Shown here piece by piece: positions 25,887 to 33,244 of a stretch of 64,000 bases of DNA. The DNA lies in assembly GCA_044370415.1 (NCBI GenBank), contig JBILVO010000002.1, forward strand, positions 14,157 through 78,156, read 5' to 3'. The position numbers and the translations under genes are program-made. The DNA is from Pirellulales bacterium. GTDB taxonomy: Bacteria; Planctomycetota; Planctomycetia; Pirellulales; UBA1268. Positions within the stretch are counted from its first letter, which is position 1. Every line of letters begins with the position of its first letter. The notes beneath the pieces were generated by a model. It made no database searches, was not told where the DNA came from, and was given only the letters and a program-made list of their open reading frames with translations.

Positions 25887-28800
25887 TCAGAAACCGGCGA
25901 AGGCCCGGGCCACGGTCGTCGCAACGCCGACGCTCTGCCCGTTCCCCCAGGAGATCGTGGAGGCCATGGCCATGGCGGCGTTGTTGGCGACGGCCCGGAT
26001 GCCGTTCGGCTGGATCTGGAGCGAGTAGATGCCCGTCGACGCGGTGCGGGCTGCGGGGAGCGTCAGCGTCCAGGTGGCCCCGCTGCCGGCGAGCGTCGCC
26101 CCGGTCAGGGACGCCGCGCGGCCGTTGAGCAGGAGGCGGAAGGACATGAGAGTCACGCCGGTGACCGGAGTGTTGAACGTGATCGGGATCGACAGCACCG
26201 TGGCGTTCCTGTCGAAGACGCGGGTGGGGTCGGAACTGAACCCCGTCTCCGTCGTCGAGGCGGAGATCCCTGCCGAGATGACGATGCTGCTGAGAGTTGC
26301 CAGGCGGTCGGACAGGGGCGGCAACGACTGGGATGTCATCTTGTTGCCGGCCACGTCGACGACCGGCGTGGCTGGGATCAACTGGTAGGAGACGATGTCG
26401 AGGTCCGTGGACATCTCGCCGGGGCTGACCGTGTAGGTGCCGGAGAGCAGGGTTCCCTCACTCAGGGCGGTGAGCGTGACGAACCCGCCGGTGCCGAGCT
26501 TCGCCTTGATCGCGCCACCCGCCTGTACCGGCTCGGCGAGCGTCGCCTCCACCACGACGGTTGCGCCGATGCCATACACGCCGTCGGCCGTCGGAGAACT
26601 CAGCCGCGTCACCACGGGGAGAACCCGGTCGAGCGTGAATGCGACCGCGGCAGCCGCCTCGCTCTGGTTGCCGGACGGATCCGTCTGGCTGGCGGAAACG
26701 GCGACGAGTCCGTCGCCGAGGGTCGCGAGGTCGGCGGTACTCAGCACGACCGCCTGTGCAGTGCCTTTCCCGGTGAGGGTCTTGGTGACACTGGCGGCGC
26801 CGCGGGTGAATCGCACGACGATCGTCGCGAGGCTTTCGCCGGTGACGGTGACGACGCCCGTGTTCTGCGTGGCTTCCGCGGCAGTGGCCCCGTTGGCGAT
26901 GCCGGAGCCGATCGCCAGGACGGGCGCAGTCGGCACGCCCGTGTCGAGCGTGAACCGAGCCGCGGTGGCGGACGGGCTCAGATTGCCGGCCACATCGGTC
27001 TGGACGGCCGAGACGACGACGGGGCCGTCGCCGAGGCTGGCGAGGTCGCCGACAGCGAGGACCACCGCCTGCTCGGAGCCGGTTCCGACGAGGGTTTTGG
27101 TGACCGTGTTGGTTGCGCGCGTGAAGGTGACCGCTATCGAGGCGAGGCTCTCACCCTTGACGGTGACCGCGCCGGAAGCCTGCGTGGCCTCCGCGGCGGT
27201 GGCGCCGCTCGCGATGCCCGCGCCGAGCGTGAGCGTCGGGGTGGCGGGCGCAGTGGTGTCGAGCGTGAACGGGAGCTGGGGGCCGGACGGGCTCTGATAC
27301 CCCACGAGATCGGTCTGGCGGGCCGAGACTGTCACGACGCCATTGCCGAGTGTGGCGGCGTCTTTAGAGGAGAGGGCAACCTGCTGCGCCGCGCCCGTGC
27401 CTGTGAGCGTCTTGGTCACCGTGGCGGTGCCACGGGAGAAGGTGACGACGATCACGGCGCGGGGCTCCCCGCTGACGACGACGACGCCGGCGGGCTGCTT
27501 GGACTCGGCGGCGCTGGCGCCGTTGGCGACGCCGTCGCCGAGCATCAGGTTGGGCGCCGCCGGAGCGGTGGTGTCGAGCACAAACTGGACCTGATTGCCC
27601 GCCGGGCCCGGATTGCCGGCGCGGTCCGCCAGGACGGCGGAAACTGTCACCAATCCGTCGCCGAGCGCCGTCAGATGCTCGGGTGTGAGCAACACCGCCT
27701 GGGAAGCGCCGGTGCCGGTGAGGCTTTTGGTGACGGACCGCGGGCCGTTGACGAAGGTGACCGTGATCGCCGCGAGGCTCTCGCCCTTCACGGTGACGAC
27801 TCCCGAGGCCTGGGTGGCCTCGGAGGCGGTGGCGCCGTTGGCGATGCCCGTGCCAAGCGTCACGACTGGCGCTGACGGCGGCGCCGTGTCGAGCGTGAAC
27901 TGCATCTGGCTGGCCGCCGTGGTCTGGTTGCCGGAGGGATCCGTCTGGGTGGCCGAGACGGTGACGAGCCCGTTGCCAAGCGCGGCCACCTCTCCGCCGG
28001 TGAGAACGACCGGCTGTGCCGCGCCGGTTCCCGTCAGCGTCTTGGTCAGCGATCCGCTGCCGCGGGTGAACCTGACCAGGATCGAGGCGAGGCTCTCGCC
28101 GGCGACGGTGACGACCCCGGAGGCCTGGGTGGCCTCCGCGAGGGTGACGCCGCCCGCGGGGGCCAGGCCCACGCCGTCACCCGGAGTCAGCGAGGGCGTT
28201 GCGGGAACGACCGTGTCGAGCGTGAACGTGGTCAGGGTGGGCTGGCTCTGGTTGCGGGCAGCGTCCATTTGGATTGCGGAGACGGTGACGACCCCGTCGC
28301 CAAGCGTCGTGAGATCACCGGCGGCGAGGACGACCGCCTGCGGGCCGCCCTTTCCCGTGAGAGTCTTGGTGACCGTATTGGATTCCCGCGTGAAACTGAC
28401 GACGATCGAGGCGAGGCGCTCACCGGCGACGGTGACAACCCCGGAGGCCTGTGTGGCCTCGGCGGCGGTGACGCCGTTCGCGACGCCGGCGTTGAGCGTC
28501 AGCAGCGGGGCCGACGGAACCGCCGCGTCGAGCGTGAACTGGAACTGGCCGCTGGTCGCGCCGGGGTTGCCGGCCGGGTCGGTCTGCCGGGCAGTGACGG
28601 TCACCCGACCGTCGCCAAGTTGGGCGATCTCGCCGGGGGTGAGCACGACGCCCTGCGCCGCACCGGAGGCGGTGAGCGTCTTGCCGACGGTTCCGAACGG
28701 CCCGACGAACTGCACCGCGATCGTGCCGGCGGCCTCTCCCGTCACCAGCACGACGCCGCCGCCCTGTCCGGCCTGACTGCCGTTGACGAGGCTGCCGATG

Positions 28801-31800
28801 CCCGATCCGGCGACGACCGCCGGGGCGGCCGGCGCGACTGAGTCGAGCGTGAACGACACCGTCGCCGCCGGGCTCGGGTTGTCGGGAAGGAGGGACTGCG
28901 TGGCCGATACGACGACGAGCCCGTCGCCGAGCGAGTCGAGTTCGGTGACGGTGCAGGCGATCGCCTGCTCGGTGCCGTCGCCGACGAGGTTGCGGACCAC
29001 GCTGCCGCCGACGCCGGCGAATGTCACGGTGATCGCGGCGCCCGGAGCGCCCACGACCGTGACGGCACCGGACGGCTGCCGGGCCTCGCTCCGTGTCGCC
29101 CCGCCGCCGGGGGCGATACCGACTCCGGCACCGAGCGCCAGGACCGGGGCCGCCGGCGGCGGAATCACCACGTCCGCGAACCGCACGGCGAGCGTCTGGG
29201 ACGGATCGCCCACCGTGGTCGCCGTCGTGTAGGTCTGGCCGGCGAACCTCACCGAGACCTCGTAGGATCCGCTGAACGCCCGCGCCGTGTAGCTGCCGTC
29301 GAAGGTCGTCCCGCGGACGTCGGTCCACCAATCCCCGAACACGAGATCCTCGTAGGCCTGGCCGCTCGGCTTGATGCTGAAGTCGGCGCGGTAGAGCCGC
29401 GCATCGGGCTGATAGTTCGTCCCGGCCCAGAATCCCCATTGCAGGAATTCGTCGGTGCCCGGCTGGCTGAACACCATCGTCATGTAGTCGCGCAGGTAAT
29501 CCGCCTGCAGCTGCTCGTCGGTCGTGTCGAGATCGAACTCGGTGATCGCGACCGGCAGCGAATACCGGTCGTGGTAATACTGGATCAGGGTCCCGAGCGT
29601 GGTGATGTCGGTGAGGACGTTCTCGGTGTAGTGGCTCTGTTCGCCGATGACGTCCACCAGCGACCGAGCGGTCAGGCGGTCGAGCCAGGCCTCGAAGTTG
29701 GCCCGGTGCGCTGTATCGCCGCCGTTGCGGGCGAAGATGTAGTAGTCGTTGAGGGCCAGCCGCGCCTCAGGATCGTGCTCGCGAAAGAGCTGGTACCAGT
29801 CGGCGACGACGGCATCGCCCAGCACGTCCATGACGTCGTGGTTGGCGTAGGGCTCGTTGACCACGTCCCACTCGTACGCCATCCCCGCGAAGGTGTCGGC
29901 GGCCGCGATGATGCGGGCGGCGACGGCGTCGCGCAGGTAGGTGCCCGCGGCCGTCTTGCCATCCGTGGCCAGCAGGGAGTCGTAGCGCGACCACACCGCC
30001 GCGGGCATGAAGCTGCGGCTGGGCCAGACGGCGGTGTGGCCCCGCAGGTCCAGCCCCGCATCGAGGATCCATTGCGCGGCGTCGATTCCCTGCTGGGGAT
30101 TCCTGTCGGACTCGACCCACTTCATCGAGTTCTCGACGACGGCGGTGTTGAACAGCCGTGTGAGGAGCGCCTGGTAGGCGAGCGCATCGGGGCCGCCGCT
30201 GGCTGAGAGCAGGGAGCCGGATGCGCTGACGGCCGTGCCGAACCGGAAATCGTGCCGCTGCTGCCGCAGTGTGACCACGGCCCCCGGGATCGCCCGGCCG
30301 TTGGCGTCGGTGACGGAGACCGTCAGGTTGGCCATGCGGTTCGCGGCGATGCGGGAGTCGGCGGCGGCCCGCCAGGCATCCGTACCCGACCGCCCCCCGT
30401 AGGAGGTCGAGGGCACCCGCATGGGCAGGTTGCCCACGTCGACCCGCGAGACGTCACGCCAGGTGAACCCGCCGATCTCCACGGCCTGCGGATCGAAGCC
30501 GGCGTTGAACGCGACCTGCAGCTGGCCGACCGCGTACTCCCGCGACGCTGCGACCGTAAACGAATACTGCCGCCACGTGGACGATGGAGAGATGGACGTC
30601 GAGTAGCGGGCGGTGTACGACCCGAATCGATCCTGCAGCACGACGCTGATGCGGGGCGTGGCTCCCGAGATCGACCGGGCCCAGTACGTCACCTCCATCG
30701 TGTCGCCACTGGCGACCGCCGCGCCACTCGCCGCGACCGCCTGGAATTGATAGCTCGCGGGAGGCTTCGTCACGGTGGTGAGCCTGAAGGCCGTCGTGAA
30801 CGGCTGGTCGACCACGCTGACCGACTGCAGCGTGCCGTAGGTGCTGCCGCTGTTGCCGAGGGAGAGGCCGGCGGCCGTGACGAGATCGGGCGACGGCCCG
30901 AAGTTGAGGAGGCGCACTCCGGCGAACTGCAGCGTCTGGACCGCGTAGCCCAGCTGCAGACTGAAGTTCGCCTGGCCTACCGCATAGGAGGCGGCGACCT
31001 GAAAGGGAATCTGCACCTTGTTCCAGTTCGTGTCGACCATCATGTTGCGGGCGAGCGACTTCGCGTATGACACCGCGTCTTCGAAGACCACGGAGAACTG
31101 GCCGCTGGATGTGTCCGAGCGGACCCAGAACTCGGCCCAGAGCACGTCCCCGCGGGTGACCGCCACGGCGTTCGACTGGCGTATCTGCGCCATTGAGGAT
31201 GCCGACGGCACGGCCGTGATGGCGGCCTGAATCACGCTGCCCAGGGTGGCATCCGTCACGGTGGAGAAGCTGCCGCCGTAGGTCACGAAGTTCGACCTGG
31301 CCGAGCCCGCGAGGATCGATGTGCCGCCGGTCGGCACGGGGGCATCGTCCTGCACCGAGATCGTCGCCGTCCGCTTGCCCCGCAGATCGACGTCGTAGCC
31401 CGCCGCCTGCTTCAGCTCCACGACGACCGCCTCAACGCCTTCCGCGCGAGCGTCGACCAGCGCCGACACCTCGAGGGATACCGCCGACTGCCCGGCCGGA
31501 ATGGTGATCGTGCCCGGCAGCGCGACGTAGTCGACGCCGTTCGCGGCCTGCCCCTGCAGCGCGTAGGAGACGGTGAGCGGGGCGGTCGTCGGGCCGCCGC
31601 TGCGCACGATCGACAGCCGCGCGGGGCTGGCCGATCCCTCAGCGGTGGTCGGAGTGTCGGCATAGATGCTCACCAGGGGCAGCACGGGCGTGAGGTACTC
31701 GCCGGCGATCGGCTCGAACGTGGTGGCGCCGGGACGCATCCAGCCGATGGCCAGCGAATCGTCACCCCCAGACTCTTTGTGCAGCGCCTCGATGAAGTAG

Positions 31801-32714
31801 GACTGGCCGGCGACGAGCGGCAGCGGCACCGAACGTTGCGTGGGTGATTGCTGCCAGCCGCGTGGCCCGCCGGGTGAGTCGAGGAAGGCGATCCGCCGCC
31901 GGCCCTCGGGAGAGGCGTCGTTGCTGAGCCACAGCTCCGCCGCGTCGTCGCCGGCGATCGAGAACAGATAGGTGCCGGTCGTCGGCGGCGCGAGGAAGCC
32001 GCGCAGCCGGCTGCCGTAGGCGTCGCCGGCGTTGGCCGGGGCCTCGGATGTGGCGATCGTGCCCGTGGTCGACGGCGTCGCGGGAAAGGCCGCGGCGGAT
32101 GTGAGATCGGTGACCCTGCCGCCGGGGATGCCCGTCCACGTCTCGCGGGTCAGGCCGCCGCGCTGGGCGGCGAAGAGCTGCGTGGCGGGGATCACCTCCA
32201 GCGGCTGGCTCGCGCTGCTCCAGCGGAGGCTGACCGCAGCGTTGCCCTCGGCCTCGGCATATTCCAGCACGATGTCGTAGCGGCGGCCGGCGACCAGCGC
32301 GATCGTTCCCGGGCTGCTCGCGGAGCCCGCCGTCGCGAAGCCGTCGACGAGGAGCTGGCCGTTGACCCACAGCCGGGCCGCGTCGTCGGTGGTCGCGGTG
32401 AAGGAATAGTCTTCGGTGTACTTGGCCTCGATCTGGCCGCTCCAACGGACGGAAAATGCGTCGCTGCCGAGCGACGCACCCGGCGAGCCGCCGAGCCAAT
32501 TGGCAGCGACCGTCGAGTCGATCCGGGCGAACGCGAGCGTGGAAAAGGAGGAGTCGCCGTAATACTGTGCCAACAGGCCGTTGCCCGCCAGCGTGTCCAA
32601 GGCGAGCAGCTGGCGACGCTCCAGCGTCTCGAGCAGCAGCCGGCGATCACGTCTCCGCCGCAGGCTGCGCGGCGTGGGCTGCGGTCTCCGCGGCAGGAAG
32701 TGCGGCCACGCCAT
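25887..32714 (-). CDS. Giant secreted multidomain glycoside hydrolase: PA14-like x2, Calx-beta, CBM-like modules, GH10 xylanase-type catalytic domain, 8 Ig-like tandem repeats
   Basis: ATG at 32714 follows GGTGGAGGT and gives MAWPHFLPRR...RRRRDRRLLLETLERRQLLA. PA14 signature: SVRWSGQIEAKYTEDYSF...DDAARLWVNGQLL. Calx-beta: VSYALQGQAANGVDYVALPGTITIPAGQ. GH10 motifs: VENSMKW, GHTAVW, WDVVNEP, LNDYY, GEQSHY, AITEFDLDT. Confidence 0.85.
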   Translation of the reverse strand: MAWPHFLPRRPQPTPRSLRRRRDRRLLLETLERRQLLALDTLAGNGLLAQYYGDSSFSTLAFARIDSTVAANWLGGSPGASLGSDAFSVRWSGQIEAKYTEDYSFTATTDDAARLWVNGQLLVDGFATAGSASSPGTIALVAGRRYDIVLEYAEAEGNAAVSLRWSSASQPLEVIPATQLFAAQRGGLTRETWTGIPGGRVTDLTSAAAFPATPSTTGTIATSEAPANAGDAYGSRLRGFLAPPTTGTYLFSIAGDDAAELWLSNDASPEGRRRIAFLDSPGGPRGWQQSPTQRSVPLPLVAGQSYFIEALHKESGGDDSLAIGWMRPGATTFEPIAGEYLTPVLPLVSIYADTPTTAEGSASPARLSIVRSGGPTTAPLTVSYALQGQAANGVDYVALPGTITIPAGQSAVSLEVSALVDARAEGVEAVVVELKQAAGYDVDLRGKRTATISVQDDAPVPTGGTSILAGSARSNFVTYGGSFSTVTDATLGSVIQAAITAVPSASSMAQIRQSNAVAVTRGDVLWAEFWVRSDTSSGQFSVVFEDAVSYAKSLARNMMVDTNWNKVQIPFQVAASYAVGQANFSLQLGYAVQTLQFAGVRLLNFGPSPDLVTAAGLSLGNSGSTYGTLQSVSVVDQPFTTAFRLTTVTKPPASYQFQAVAASGAAVASGDTMEVTYWARSISGATPRISVVLQDRFGSYTARYSTSISPSSTWRQYSFTVAASREYAVGQLQVAFNAGFDPQAVEIGGFTWRDVSRVDVGNLPMRVPSTSYGGRSGTDAWRAAADSRIAANRMANLTVSVTDANGRAIPGAVVTLRQQRHDFRFGTAVSASGSLLSASGGPDALAYQALLTRLFNTAVVENSMKWVESDRNPQQGIDAAQWILDAGLDLRGHTAVWPSRSFMPAAVWSRYDSLLATDGKTAAGTYLRDAVAARIIAAADTFAGMAYEWDVVNEPYANHDVMDVLGDAVVADWYQLFREHDPEARLALNDYYIFARNGGDTAHRANFEAWLDRLTARSLVDVIGEQSHYTENVLTDITTLGTLIQYYHDRYSLPVAITEFDLDTTDEQLQADYLRDYMTMVFSQPGTDEFLQWGFWAGTNYQPDARLYRADFSIKPSGQAYEDLVFGDWWTDVRGTTFDGSYTARAFSGSYEVSVRFAGQTYTTATTVGDPSQTLAVRFADVVIPPPAAPVLALGAGVGIAPGGGATRSEARQPSGAVTVVGAPGAAITVTFAGVGGSVVRNLVGDGTEQAIACTVTELDSLGDGLVVVSATQSLLPDNPSPAATVSFTLDSVAPAAPAVVAGSGIGSLVNGSQAGQGGGVVLVTGEAAGTIAVQFVGPFGTVGKTLTASGAAQGVVLTPGEIAQLGDGRVTVTARQTDPAGNPGATSGQFQFTLDAAVPSAPLLTLNAGVANGVTAAEATQASGVVTVAGERLASIVVSFTRESNTVTKTLTGKGGPQAVVLAAGDLTTLGDGVVTVSAIQMDAARNQSQPTLTTFTLDTVVPATPSLTPGDGVGLAPAGGVTLAEATQASGVVTVAGESLASILVRFTRGSGSLTKTLTGTGAAQPVVLTGGEVAALGNGLVTVSATQTDPSGNQTTAASQMQFTLDTAPPSAPVVTLGTGIANGATASEATQASGVVTVKGESLAAITVTFVNGPRSVTKSLTGTGASQAVLLTPEHLTALGDGLVTVSAVLADRAGNPGPAGNQVQFVLDTTAPAAPNLMLGDGVANGASAAESKQPAGVVVVSGEPRAVIVVTFSRGTATVTKTLTGTGAAQQVALSSKDAATLGNGVVTVSARQTDLVGYQSPSGPQLPFTLDTTAPATPTLTLGAGIASGATAAEATQASGAVTVKGESLASIAVTFTRATNTVTKTLVGTGSEQAVVLAVGDLASLGDGPVVVSAVQTDVAGNLSPSATAARFTLDTGVPTAPVLAIGSGIANGATAAEATQNTGVVTVTGESLATIVVRFTRGAASVTKTLTGKGTAQAVVLSTADLATLGDGLVAVSASQTDPSGNQSEAAAAVAFTLDRVLPVVTRLSSPTADGVYGIGATVVVEATLAEPVQAGGAIKAKLGTGGFVTLTALSEGTLLSGTYTVSPGEMSTDLDIVSYQLIPATPVVDVAGNKMTSQSLPPLSDRLATLSSIVISAGISASTTETGFSSDPTRVFDRNATVLSIPITFNTPVTGVTLMSFRLLLNGRAASLTGATLAGSGATWTLTLPAARTASTGIYSLQIQPNGIRAVANNAAMAMASTISWGNGQSVGVATTVARAFAGF
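26640..29165 (-). repeat. Eight in-frame ~315-nt (~105-aa) tandem repeats inside the giant protein gene
   Basis: Units are delimited by F(T/V)LD(T/S/A/R)..P.(A/T)P. Consensus: LG.G.A.G.TA.EATQASGVVTV.GE.LA.I.V.F.R....TKTL.G.G..Q.VVL...D...LGDG.V.VSA.QTD..GN. The boundaries are approximate. Confidence 0.8.
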
Positions 32715-33244
32715 GGGTACCTCCACCTGATGATGGGATAAGCCCCGCCCTGACGTAAAAAGTCGTCCGACCGGTGGGCACATCATCCTGCCGGCCAACC
32801 CCCCGCGAACGTCGAAGAGTGTACGAGAGGTCGAGGTCCGACGGCAATGGGGTTTGTGCACGCCGAGCCTTTTCCCAGCCGGCCTGACGCGGCCTGCGAT
32901 TCTTCATCGGCACGACGCCAACCCCAGCGAGAGTATGCGGGGCAGGCGTTGCTTCGGTTCATCAGGACGGGGCAGGCCGCCGCCGCCGGTCGCCCCACGG
33001 TGCCCCTGACCCGCGCCGCGGCGGCGCTGGAAAAGACAGGTCGGCCAGCGCGGCGATGGACGCAGCGACTGCGTTATCCGGTACGCTAAGGGCCCGGTCA
33101 GGAGCGGCCTGGGCGGGTGGCTGCCGCCGCGAGAAGGGGTGCGGCGGACGGCAGGTGGGTGGCGACCGAACGAAGTGGGAGCATGGCATGCTGCGGACAC
33201 TTTTTCACCATGACGCAGGCCCAACGGATTGCAGCGAGTGGCGG

